Shown here: positions 34,378-42,885 of the stretch, in pieces
How the letters are laid out: each line of letters opens with the position of its first letter
How positions within the stretch are numbered: position 1 is the first letter of the stretch
DNA from: an uncultured Candidatus Saccharibacteria bacterium
GTDB taxonomy: Bacteria; Patescibacteriota; Saccharimonadia; Saccharimonadales; Saccharimonadaceae
Direction of reading: 5' to 3'
DNA: 44,780 nt
NCBI GenBank assembly: GCA_947097085.1
Contig: CAMUQR010000001.1
Coordinates: forward strand, 1-44,780
The notes under the pieces: generated by a model
Told to the model about the DNA's origin: nothing
The model's input: the letters and a program-made list of their open reading frames with translations, nothing else
Databases searched by the model: none
Position numbers and translations under genes: made by a program

Positions 34378-35607
34378 CTATTTTTTGCCAAATAAGCGTT
34401 CAAAGAAACTTGGTGATTCACCAGGAATTGGCTGTTTGCTGATGTTGATATTTGGTGCAGTTGGTTTGACGGCTTGACTTGGATCAGGTGAAATTTGCTC
34501 AGCAGTGACTAGTAAGCGTTGATGAGTGGTGCCAATCGGTGTACAAGTAATTAAAGTCATGACTGGTTTGGTGGTCGGATAGACGAGCTTTTCCCATTCG
34601 CTAGGCCAGACAACTTCTTTTTTAGTGACGCTGTAAGTGTAGCGGACACCTTTATAATCGGCATAAATCAAATCGCCAGTCTCGAGACGATCAAGCTGAG
34701 CGAAGATGAACTTATAATCACCTTTTTCGAACACATCGTTAGAGGAGTGTCCAGAGATGGCTGTGTTGCCGATTTCGCCAGGGTGAGAGCTAGCGCCAGG
34801 CACCGCAAAGTGCGCCACGCCGTGCTTCATAGCTTCTTGTTGTGAGGCATTGTCATTGCCGATATCGTAAGCGACTGGGACGTTGACATTGATTTTAGGA
34901 ATGATCAGTTTTGGATCTGGACTGACGCCAATATTAACAGTCGGATCAACCACGATAGTGTTTGAAGTAGCCTCGCCTGGCGTAATATAGGCGCGGACTT
35001 GACCAATTAATAGCCGGTTATATTGTAAAAATAAGAATACGAGCACTACGATAAAAGCAGTAGTCGCTGGCCAAAAATGGCGACTTTTACGGGCTTTTTG
35101 AGCTTGGTCGGTCATTTTGGCGCGGAGTTTATCGCGCAGTTCTTTGAGAGCTTGGTCTTTTGGGTTGATTTTGGCGTTAGGTGGCAAATTAGATGCGCGA
35201 TTGGCGTTGTTGGCCTGGACTTGCTGTAATTGAGCCTTGACAGTGCTGGTCTGGCGTTTTAATTGTTCGACATAGTAATATTCGTAATATTTTTGGTAGT
35301 AATTCTGCCAAGCTGAATGATAAGCTTGCCAATCAGGCGTTGGGGCGCTGGCTTGCTGGTAAGTTTGGCTGTAGAGATTTTGATTAGTGAGCTGAGTATT
35401 AGCCTGAGCAGTCGGTTGGTTGGTGCTGGCAGGAGATGGGGCTGACGGTGCGTGCGAGGTCGTATTTTGGACAGAAGAATTAGCGGTGGTTGCGTCGGTA
35501 GTATTGACGCCATAAATCTGATCTAGTTGGTTCAAAATCACCTGCTCAGCGGCCTGGCGCGAAGCTTGATTGTTGGAGTTAGTGGGATTTTGTGTATTTT
35601 TGTCCAT
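34378..35607 (-). CDS. Sortase (transpeptidase) with a Gln/Asn/Tyr/Thr-rich cytoplasmic N-terminal region
   Basis: Catalytic 'TLITCTP', His 'ISGHSS' and Arg 'QRLLVTA', with a TM helix (FWPATTAFIVVLVFLFL). The start is set at ATG 35607, because the longer ORF (to 35739) runs through tRNA-Leu. Confidence 0.85.
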   Translation of the reverse strand: MDKNTQNPTNSNNQASRQAAEQVILNQLDQIYGVNTTDATTANSSVQNTTSHAPSAPSPASTNQPTAQANTQLTNQNLYSQTYQQASAPTPDWQAYHSAWQNYYQKYYEYYYVEQLKRQTSTVKAQLQQVQANNANRASNLPPNAKINPKDQALKELRDKLRAKMTDQAQKARKSRHFWPATTAFIVVLVFLFLQYNRLLIGQVRAYITPGEATSNTIVVDPTVNIGVSPDPKLIIPKINVNVPVAYDIGNDNASQQEAMKHGVAHFAVPGASSHPGEIGNTAISGHSSNDVFEKGDYKFIFAQLDRLETGDLIYADYKGVRYTYSVTKKEVVWPSEWEKLVYPTTKPVMTLITCTPIGTTHQRLLVTAEQISPDPSQAVKPTAPNINISKQPIPGESPSFFERLFGKK

Positions 35608-35702
35608 AATAAACTTGAAAAATCGATACATCTTATTATATAATATACGGCAGTCAAAATAAAGCTTTTTCGGGCTTTTGCGATCAGACTCACCAGATTG
35701 AT

Positions 35703-35789
35703 GCCGCGATGGCGGAATTGGTAGACGCGCGGGACTCAAAATCCCGTTCCCTCAAAGGAGTGAGAGTTCGATTCTCTCTCGCGGCACCA
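35703..35789 (+). tRNA. tRNA-Leu (anticodon CAA), type II, CCA encoded
   Basis: 87 nt folded by hand: acceptor GCCGCGA/TCGCGGC, anticodon arm CGGGA-CTCAAAA-TCCCG, a long variable arm and T arm GAGAG-TTCGATT-CTCTC. Confidence 0.92.
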
Positions 35790-35811
35790 GTCTGGTGATT
35801 TTTTGTTTCTG

Positions 35812-35820
35812 TGGTATAAT
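35812..35820 (+). promoter_or_regulatory. Extended -10 TGGTATAAT upstream of the Cys-rich ORF
   Basis: Exact TGnTATAAT 46 nt upstream of ATG 35866. An AGGAGG RBS follows. Confidence 0.5.
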
Positions 35821-35865
35821 AAACCATCAGAATAAGTTAGTTTTTTTAAAAAAGGAGGGATAATA

Positions 35866-36384
35866 ATGAATAATATCGCGCTCAATGAAATACCGATAAG
35901 GGTATATCAAGTTTTGTGCCAGCGTGGTCAAGGTCAAGTGAAATCGGAGGATTTTGCGTGTGTGATCGACGCATACCATGATGCGTATGAGTATGGACAT
36001 CTAACGATGATCTGTCATGAATACGTGATCATTGGTGACTATGCAATTTTTTGTAGTGATTGCTACAAGTCAGTACGCTATCGAGTGCCAAAGGTGGCAT
36101 GTGTCTACTACTTACCACTCACTAAGATGAGTGATGGCAAGATTGGTAATAGTTGCTCGTGTCTCGGATTCCCAAGCGGTGATGTCAAGAAAGTGTTGTA
36201 TGTATGGCAAGAGAATAATGTAATTTCGCCGTTGGCGAATTTACACGAATCACTGAAAGAAGTTGTACAAATTCTCGATAAGATTAATAATGCCAAGGTT
36301 GTTAATACGCAACAGTCTGAGGATATTGAGAAAATATCCGATTTGTTCATTGAGTTCTTTAAACAGCCAGCCTGCTCTGAGTAA
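35866..36384 (+). CDS. Cys-rich cytoplasmic protein of unknown function
   Basis: 172-aa ORF with a strong AGGAGG RBS, 11 Cys including 'CSDCYKS' and 'CSC', and a terminator directly after the stop. It is AT-richer than the flanks. No family recognised. Confidence 0.5.
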   Translation: MNNIALNEIPIRVYQVLCQRGQGQVKSEDFACVIDAYHDAYEYGHLTMICHEYVIIGDYAIFCSDCYKSVRYRVPKVACVYYLPLTKMSDGKIGNSCSCLGFPSGDVKKVLYVWQENNVISPLANLHESLKEVVQILDKINNAKVVNTQQSEDIEKISDLFIEFFKQPACSE

Positions 36385-36403
36385 GAGCGGGTTTTTGATT
36401 TTG
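36371..36403 (+). terminator. Intrinsic terminator of the Cys-rich ORF
   Basis: Stem CCTGCTCT/AGAGCGGG (one G-U pair) spans the stop codon and is followed by TTTTTGATTTTG. Confidence 0.6.
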
Positions 36404-36418
36404 AGAGGCAATAGTGGA

Positions 36419-37777
36419 TTACGATGTGCTTGTCAGTTTGTCCTCAGTTCTCAACTCTGTTTTAAAAAGCTTAATCATTATAAACACAGACAAAATCATA
36501 ATTAGCGTATCTACCAGCGGACTCGCAATCCAAATTCCACACGTTCCCAAAAATATAGGAAGGATTAATACGGCTGGGACATAAAGCAAAAATTGGCGAG
36601 AAATTACCAACATACCTGCGTACTTTGCTTTGCCTAGAGCTTGAAAAAGAGTTAAATTAATAATCATAATTGCCGACAACGGGAACAAAGAAAGAGCAAG
36701 CATTGCATTTGTTCTTCCTGAGGATATAAGCTCTTTGTTTTCTAAGAAGAGGCCTAGAACCTGCTCAGGCATCAGTAGAAATACTAGCCAAAATATTAAT
36801 GACAAAAATAGTCCGAAACCGTAAAAAAGAAATGTTCCTTTTTTGACCCTTTCGAATTTTCGTGCTCCAAAATTAGTTCCTGCAAAGGGTTGATAGCCTT
36901 GACTTATTCCCCAAAGAGGAATAAAGGATAACATTAGATATCTAAAAAAGGCGCCCATCAAAATTACTTGATCCTCTCCACCGTATTTTTTCAGGGTAGA
37001 ATACGTGATCATTTGTTGCAAAAGGGCAAAAATCTGCATTAGCATTGCAGAAAAACCAATCGAAAGAGTTTCTTTTACAATATTTTTTTGTATTTTAAAA
37101 TGTTTGAACCTAACATTTTTGCTGAAGAATGCGAAGTAACAAAAATTACAGATTGCAAGAACTATTTGAGATATAACTGTTGCTATAGCGGCGCCCTCAA
37201 GTCCTTTTTTCAAAACAATTACAAAGACTGCATCCAAAACAATATTTAGGACAGCACTTATGCCCATCAAAAGCATAGCAATACCCATTCGACCCTCTCC
37301 CCTCATGACCATATTAGCGGCTTGACCAAAGTTTACGAATATGGATCCTAAGTATACGATTCTTAAGTAACTTGTTCCTAAGTGAAGCATTTCTCCCTCA
37401 GCACCTACGAGAGTTAAAAGTTGAGGTGCAAAAATTAATCCGATTGTCATAGCTATTAATGAAAAAAGTAGCGTCAATAAAAGAACATTGCCCATAATGG
37501 AATCGATTGTCTTCTGATCGTTTCGACCCACTGCTCTTGAAAGAACCGAAGCAGAACCTATGCCTACTAAAACGGCAATGCCGTTATTTATTAGCGTAAA
37601 CGTATAAGCCACGCTGATTGCTCCCAAAGCTACGCTACCTACATATTTTCCTACAAAAATTGCATCCACAAAGCTGTATAAACTAATTACAAACATCCCT
37701 ATAATACCCGGAATGCTGAGTTCTAACATCAGTTTAAATATGTTGTCTGAAATTAAATGTTCTCTTTTGTCTATCAT
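36419..37777 (-). CDS. MATE-family efflux transporter
   Basis: About 452 aa with 12 predicted TM helices and a MATE-like N-terminus ('LMLELSIPGIIGMFVISLYSFVDAIFVGKYVG'). ATG 37777 has a GGAG RBS. The ORF is open to 37822. AT-rich. Confidence 0.85.
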   Translation of the reverse strand: MIDKREHLISDNIFKLMLELSIPGIIGMFVISLYSFVDAIFVGKYVGSVALGAISVAYTFTLINNGIAVLVGIGSASVLSRAVGRNDQKTIDSIMGNVLLLTLLFSLIAMTIGLIFAPQLLTLVGAEGEMLHLGTSYLRIVYLGSIFVNFGQAANMVMRGEGRMGIAMLLMGISAVLNIVLDAVFVIVLKKGLEGAAIATVISQIVLAICNFCYFAFFSKNVRFKHFKIQKNIVKETLSIGFSAMLMQIFALLQQMITYSTLKKYGGEDQVILMGAFFRYLMLSFIPLWGISQGYQPFAGTNFGARKFERVKKGTFLFYGFGLFLSLIFWLVFLLMPEQVLGLFLENKELISSGRTNAMLALSLFPLSAIMIINLTLFQALGKAKYAGMLVISRQFLLYVPAVLILPIFLGTCGIWIASPLVDTLIMILSVFIMIKLFKTELRTEDKLTSTS

Positions 37778-37943
37778 AAAATCTCCATATTTTACGTATA
37801 TGTCAATTATACATAAAAACAAAAAATCAAGTCAAATGTTGCTCACGTGATTTAATATTTGATTGTAACTTTTTGCACAAGGTAGTTTTGAAGATGCTGT
37901 TTGTTTGTGGTGTCAATTATTAGGTTCTAAATCAGAACTAATA

Positions 37944-38729
37944 TTATGACAAAATGGCGCAAGCGGTGGCTTCGAGGGGTTTTTGCGGATTCCAGGTTTG
38001 CCAACAAGCAATTTTAGCTTGAATAATCCCCTGCCAAATCTCGCTGGCGCGTTCGAATTGACCGCTAATCACCTGCCCATCGCGAGCGATAAACACTTGA
38101 TTTTGATGAAAAATCACTAAAGTCGGCTGATAAGTAATAGTGAACTTGTGCAGTGCCTCGACAAAGCGCAGAGTCGTCATGGAATGAAGCAACATCACTG
38201 GATAATAGACATTGCGAAATAGCTTCTGAGCTTGCGCAAATGACATAATTAGCGTGAAATTCGGTTGATTGACGACGTGATGAAAAGCACCGCTAATTAA
38301 CTCAATGGCGTCGCGAGCCACGATGACTGGCTTGGTCTGGTCACTGATTTTTAGAGCAAGATTTTCGTATAATAAATTAGTTTCGCTGTTTTTGCCGGCG
38401 TCACCGATGAGTAATAAGCTGTCGGTTGAGTGTTGCAAAGTTAATAAATCGTTCAAGGCTTGGCTAGCCAGACCGCCTGATGGGTTTGTTGTAGAAAATA
38501 CTACATTTGGAATGGTTTTGAGTAGTGGTTTTAAATCAGCTGGTAACACTAGCGATGTCTCAGGACCGAGTTCGGTGATGGTTTGGTGAGCTTTGGCGAC
38601 GGCTAAGAAAACGCCTTTACTGCCACCAACTAGCCCAACCCGCCCTGCTAAGGATTTTTGTTCGGGTTTAGACCAGAGCAGGTTTTCGAACAATGGTTTT
38701 TTAGGATCTTGAGTGCGCCAATATTCCAT
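37944..38729 (-). CDS. Divergent YjeF_C / carbohydrate-kinase-fold protein (NAD(P)HX-dehydratase-like, key motifs degenerate)
   Basis: 'GRVGLVGGSKGVFLAVAKA', 'LLLIGDAGKN' and 'PVIVARDAIELI' parallel YjeF_C landmarks, but the C-terminal GxGD-type motif is replaced ('WQGIIQAKIA'). The start abuts the xth stop (TAAATG). Confidence 0.4.
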   Translation of the reverse strand: MEYWRTQDPKKPLFENLLWSKPEQKSLAGRVGLVGGSKGVFLAVAKAHQTITELGPETSLVLPADLKPLLKTIPNVVFSTTNPSGGLASQALNDLLTLQHSTDSLLLIGDAGKNSETNLLYENLALKISDQTKPVIVARDAIELISGAFHHVVNQPNFTLIMSFAQAQKLFRNVYYPVMLLHSMTTLRFVEALHKFTITYQPTLVIFHQNQVFIARDGQVISGQFERASEIWQGIIQAKIACWQTWNPQKPLEATACAILS

Positions 38730-39539
38730 TTACACCTCTATTTCAATACTAATTGGACAATGATCAGAACCCATTTGTTCAGCGTGAATCTCGGCCGAGA
38801 GTAGTTTTGGTAATAGTTGTTTTGATAATAAGAAATAATCGATTCTCCAACCGATATTGCGCTGGCGAGCCTTGGCGAAGTGACTCCACCAAGTATATTG
38901 CTCGGGTTGTTGATTAAATTGACGCAAAGTATCAATCAGTCCAGCATCGAGAAAATTGCTAAACCCCTGACGCTCTTCATCAGTAAAGCCATGTTTACCG
39001 CGGTTAGCTTTAGGGTTGGCGAGATCAATTTCCTGGTGGGCAACATTTAAATCGCCACAAAAAATCACAGGCTTGTGTTGTTCTAAACGCATCATATACT
39101 CCAAAAAGGCTGGATCCCATTTCTGATAGCGCAGGCCGAGGCGTGATAAGTCGCCTTTGGTGTTTGGCGTATAGACCGTCACAAAATAAAACTGCTCAAA
39201 CTCGGCAGTCAGCACTCGCCCCTCGCTGTTGGCATCACCGTATTGGTCGTCGGTCAGATGATATTTATCGGCGATATCAGCCGGGATGTCTTGTGTGATA
39301 CTTAGCGGAGCGATTTTAGAATAAATTGCCGTCCCGGAATAACCTTTGCGCTGGGCAGAGTTAAAAACTTGATAATAATCGCTAAACAATGTCGTATCAA
39401 TCTGATCTTGGCTGGCTTTGATTTCCTGAAAACCAACAATATCTGGCTGAAAATTCGCAAAAAATGCCTGCAATTCACCCTTGTTGGTGACGGCGCGTAG
39501 GCCATTAACGTTCCAGGAAAAAAGTCGTAATTTGGTCAT
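38730..39539 (-). CDS. xth: Exodeoxyribonuclease III (AP endonuclease)
   Basis: 269-aa ORF with 'SWNVNGLRA', 'GFQEIK', 'CGDLNVAH' and 'GSDHCPI'. Confidence 0.92.
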   Translation of the reverse strand: MTKLRLFSWNVNGLRAVTNKGELQAFFANFQPDIVGFQEIKASQDQIDTTLFSDYYQVFNSAQRKGYSGTAIYSKIAPLSITQDIPADIADKYHLTDDQYGDANSEGRVLTAEFEQFYFVTVYTPNTKGDLSRLGLRYQKWDPAFLEYMMRLEQHKPVIFCGDLNVAHQEIDLANPKANRGKHGFTDEERQGFSNFLDAGLIDTLRQFNQQPEQYTWWSHFAKARQRNIGWRIDYFLLSKQLLPKLLSAEIHAEQMGSDHCPISIEIEV

Positions 39540-39584
39540 AATTTCAATAATTTCTAGTAATTTTAATGATTGTTATGGTGCGAA

Positions 39585-40043
39585 TTAGCGCGCAATGCGT
39601 CGAGCCTCGCGCTTCATCTCGCGTTCTTTGATGGTTTGGCGTTTGTCGTGAAGTTTTTTACCAAAGCCGAGAGCGATTTCTAACTTGATGTGGCGTCCGG
39701 CGGTTAGCATCCGAGTCGGAATAATACTCATGCCGGCTTGTTTTTGCTCGGCTAGATGTTTGATCTGCTTCTTAGTGGCGAGCAGTTTGCGCGGGTCGGT
39801 GGCGACAGTCGGCTCGCGTTCACGCGGATTTTTAACGGTGAAAGACGCATTATTGAGCCATAATTCACCTTGGCGAATCGTTACGAAAGCGCCTTTTAGG
39901 CTAAGCCGACTGTCGCGGGCGGCGCGCACTTCTGGCCCGCTCAGCACCAAACCAACCACTAATTTATCACCGAGCTGGTAATCAAAACTGGCACGGCGAT
40001 TGACGATTTGGGTGGATTTGGTGCTGGATTTCGGTCGAGTCAT
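39585..40043 (-). CDS. smpB: SsrA-binding protein SmpB
   Basis: 'IVNRRASFDYQL', 'GLVLSGPEVRA' and a basic C-terminal tail. ATG 40043 is preferred; the ORF is open from TTG 40055. No tmRNA gene was seen in the window. Confidence 0.9.
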   Translation of the reverse strand: MTRPKSSTKSTQIVNRRASFDYQLGDKLVVGLVLSGPEVRAARDSRLSLKGAFVTIRQGELWLNNASFTVKNPREREPTVATDPRKLLATKKQIKHLAEQKQAGMSIIPTRMLTAGRHIKLEIALGFGKKLHDKRQTIKEREMKREARRIAR

Positions 40044-40058
40044 TTTTACAATCAAATT

Positions 40059-40328
40059 TTATAAATCGGTAATTTCAACACCGTGATCTTTTAAAACAGT
40101 CGCAAATTGGTTGCGGTTGAAACCTTCGATTTTTATATCCTTAATAAAAGTCACTGGCACGACTTGGATATTGCCACCGATTTTAGCCATCAACTCAGCT
40201 TGAGCTTCGTCATCGGTGTCGATGTATTTGTCGGTATATTCGACTTGGTTGTCGTCGAGCCAAGCTTTAAGCGCGTTGCAGTAGCCACAGGTGTGTGTTG
40301 AGTAAATTACGATATCATCTTTAGTCAT
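40059..40328 (-). CDS. Glutaredoxin-like (NrdH-type) redoxin
   Basis: 89-aa ORF with a thioredoxin-fold N-terminus 'IVIYSTHTCGYCNALKAWL' (CxxC). Confidence 0.8.
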   Translation of the reverse strand: MTKDDIVIYSTHTCGYCNALKAWLDDNQVEYTDKYIDTDDEAQAELMAKIGGNIQVVPVTFIKDIKIEGFNRNQFATVLKDHGVEITDL

Positions 40329-40403
40329 AAATCCCCTTTTGAATCTAAAATTAAAACTTTTATAGTGAGTCTATTTTATCATAAAAAACCAGTGTAAAAA
40401 AGT

Positions 40404-40433
40404 TTGAAAAACGCGTGATGCTTATGGTATAGT
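40404..40433 (+). promoter_or_regulatory. Promoter: TTGAAA, 18-nt spacer, TATAGT with extended -10 TGG. The predicted TSS coincides with ATG 40440.
   Basis: TTGAAA at 40404-40409 and TGGTATAGT at 40425-40433. ATG 40440 is 7 nt after the -10, so the mRNA could be leaderless. Confidence 0.55.
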
Positions 40434-40439
40434 TTTAAC

Positions 40440-42659
40440 ATGCAGGGTAAAAAAAGTTTTTCTTGTTTTAAATTTAAAAAACGCCCAACTAGCGAGCGTC
40501 AAGTGACAAAAAAGATGCAAGCTGGCTTCGTGTTGCCGATGATTGTGGTGACTGGACTAGTGCTGATGATTATTATGGCGTTTACGCTACAAACGCTGTC
40601 GGTCAGTCGTGAGAACTTGACGAATCAGCGAGCTCAGTTGCTTGCTCGACAAGCGGCCGAGAGTGGACTGGAACGCGCTCAACAGTGCATGCGAGAAGAT
40701 AAGGAAAATATCGGTTGGGACGGCACGAAGCCAATTAAACCCAATACCAACTGTAAGGGTGATGTCAAACCAGGCTTATCGCAGTATGTCACAGAAAACG
40801 AAAATTACCGAGCGTCTTTTGAGGCGCGACCAATTGATATCCAGGATGATTTTCGCAATATGTCCTCTGTTGGTAAGCTCGAAGTATTAAAACACACATC
40901 TTTTGGTAAGAAAGTGATTAAAACTTACAAGTATACTTTAGCTGCTCATATTAAGACAGACTTAACTTTTGAAGACGTGGTGTTTGGTTCGTTATATACC
41001 TCGAATGGTTTTAATGATCTGTATTCACGTTCAGGACAATCTGCTGGATTCTCGCGTTCGGTGTATTTTTTTACTAAGACGCATTCCGGAAGAATTGCCA
41101 GTGTTGGCTATAACATGGACGGAATATTAACTGGTTATCCAAATCATAGTCTGATCCCTTGGTCTCAACGATTTAATAGTGATCCAAAATGGCAATACGA
41201 AATACCATATCATTTAGTAAATCCAAAAAAATCTGATGGTTCAACGGTGCCGATCAAAAAAATTATTACTGATTTTCAGGGTAATGGCTGGGTAGCTTTT
41301 TTTCTCGGATATGATGGTCGAACAATCTACGGTACAGGTTCAAACATGAACTGTGACCTTGGTATTGGGGAATGCAGGGGCGATAATATTACCGCACGCC
41401 CTATTTGGGAAAGCGGTGAAGCAAAAATGGATCTGTCAAATATTCCAACTGACGAAAAAATTGTCGAAATTAAATACAATGCGTCGACATATCTATTGAC
41501 TGATAAGGGAAAAATATATTTTACGGGTACGCGCTCATTGGCTCCTGGTGTCGGGGATTCGATTACTGATTCGAAAGTAGCTAAGCCACGACTGATCACT
41601 GGTGGCGGTATTGAGAATAAAAAAGTCAAACAAATTTATACGGATAGTTATTATGCTTATAACGCAGGTAAGCTTGCTGTGGCTGTTACTGATCAAGGTG
41701 AACTTTACGCTTGGGGACAAGGGAACGCTGCGCAAGAACTGGGTTTAAATCACGCTCCTAAACTGGTATGGGACTCTAGTCGCTCTGGGTGGTATTGTGA
41801 CCATTGGGTAACAGACGGTACTTGTAGTGGTAGTTATAGTTATGTGCAATCAGGTAAAATAGTTGATGCCGTGACAGATGGGGGGACGATTTGGGCGTTG
41901 GACGATAAAGGCGTGGTTTGGGCGATTGGTCGTAATTATTACGGGCAGGTCGGTGCGAATCAAGATTCAGGTATTGTGAAAATTATGAAACCATTAAATT
42001 TTGGTGGTAAAAAAATTACAAAAATAACAGCTGACGCCTATAGTGCACTGTTTTTAACTACTGATGGTCAAGTTTATGGGGTCGGTTTAAATAATAAATC
42101 ACAATTAGGATTTCCGAAAAACACAGATGCGTGCTTTGTTGGTGGTGATAGCATTCCTTGTTCGAAAAAACCAGGACGGTATCAATTACCGACTGGCAAG
42201 ATAGCAAAGGATATTTTTATTGTTTCACCTGGTATTTACAAAGTTGCACCTAGCGATACGCCATCACAAGAAGCCGAGAACTATCGCAATAGCTTTGTGG
42301 TGACAACTGATGGTGAAGTCTATGGCGCAGGGTCTAACAAACACGGTCAGCTAGGCGTTGGTAAGGGGTGCGCTGGAGATGCTGACTACACTGCTATTTC
42401 TGCGGAATATAACACACCTCAAAAAATGATTTTAGATTATAAAAATAATGATTCTGGAATATCGAGCAATGATGATAAAGTAGTGCGTGCTAAGTATGTT
42501 CGTTCGGGTATCGGTACGACAATCGTGATTACTGATTTGAATTATGTCTTCACGGTTGGTAATAATAGTAATGGCCAGCTTGGATCTGGTGACACAAGAG
42601 AATGTCATATACCGAAACGTCATCGCTATACTAACGTGTTTCAGGCGTGGTACTACTAG
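40440..42659 (+). CDS. PilX_N-like membrane/pilus anchor fused to an RCC1-repeat beta-propeller (candidate surface or pilus-associated adhesin)
   Basis: 739-aa ORF. Residues ~26-85 ('QAGFVLPMIVVTGLVLMIIMAFTL...ARQAAESGLERA') match the PilX N-terminal pattern. There are at least 6 RCC1-type repeats (GSNMNCDLGIG, GQGNAAQELG, GRNYYGQVGAN, GLNNKSQLGF, GSNKHGQLGVG, GNNSNGQLGSG). An alternative start is ATG 40515. Confidence 0.75.
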   Translation: MQGKKSFSCFKFKKRPTSERQVTKKMQAGFVLPMIVVTGLVLMIIMAFTLQTLSVSRENLTNQRAQLLARQAAESGLERAQQCMREDKENIGWDGTKPIKPNTNCKGDVKPGLSQYVTENENYRASFEARPIDIQDDFRNMSSVGKLEVLKHTSFGKKVIKTYKYTLAAHIKTDLTFEDVVFGSLYTSNGFNDLYSRSGQSAGFSRSVYFFTKTHSGRIASVGYNMDGILTGYPNHSLIPWSQRFNSDPKWQYEIPYHLVNPKKSDGSTVPIKKIITDFQGNGWVAFFLGYDGRTIYGTGSNMNCDLGIGECRGDNITARPIWESGEAKMDLSNIPTDEKIVEIKYNASTYLLTDKGKIYFTGTRSLAPGVGDSITDSKVAKPRLITGGGIENKKVKQIYTDSYYAYNAGKLAVAVTDQGELYAWGQGNAAQELGLNHAPKLVWDSSRSGWYCDHWVTDGTCSGSYSYVQSGKIVDAVTDGGTIWALDDKGVVWAIGRNYYGQVGANQDSGIVKIMKPLNFGGKKITKITADAYSALFLTTDGQVYGVGLNNKSQLGFPKNTDACFVGGDSIPCSKKPGRYQLPTGKIAKDIFIVSPGIYKVAPSDTPSQEAENYRNSFVVTTDGEVYGAGSNKHGQLGVGKGCAGDADYTAISAEYNTPQKMILDYKNNDSGISSNDDKVVRAKYVRSGIGTTIVITDLNYVFTVGNNSNGQLGSGDTRECHIPKRHRYTNVFQAWYY

Positions 42660-42884
42660 TTATCTGCTGTTTTTGTGCGTTAAATGATAACGCTGGCAAT
42701 GCGGACAGTAATAAATCGCTAATTGGACATCGGGGTTATATTGCTGGGCGCGGGTAATGGCCTGCTGGGCGGTAAATTCACTGGTGTAAGCTTGTTTGTT
42801 TTGACAAATGGTATGAGCGTAAACTCCACCCAGGCTAAACGGCGTATGTTTGAGGGGTTTGTGCTTGTGGTTGCGCCGTGGCAT
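42660..42884 (-). CDS. Small putative zinc-ribbon protein of unknown function
   Basis: 74-aa ORF. The ATG lies 1 nt after the dus stop, which indicates translational coupling. 'CPHCQRYH' plus an upstream Cys. No family recognised. Confidence 0.4.
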   Translation of the reverse strand: MPRRNHKHKPLKHTPFSLGGVYAHTICQNKQAYTSEFTAQQAITRAQQYNPDVQLAIYYCPHCQRYHLTHKNSR

Positions 42885-42885
42885 A

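Noticed and set aside
35608-35739. N-terminal 44-codon extension of the sortase ORF
   Set aside because: The extension runs antisense through tRNA-Leu (35703-35789). The internal ATG at 35607 gives a sensible N-terminus.
39585-40055. A tmRNA (ssrA) gene expected near smpB
   Set aside because: Neither a tRNA-Ala-like 5'/3' pairing nor a tag-reading-frame region was found in the flanking spacers. ssrA is presumably elsewhere in the genome.
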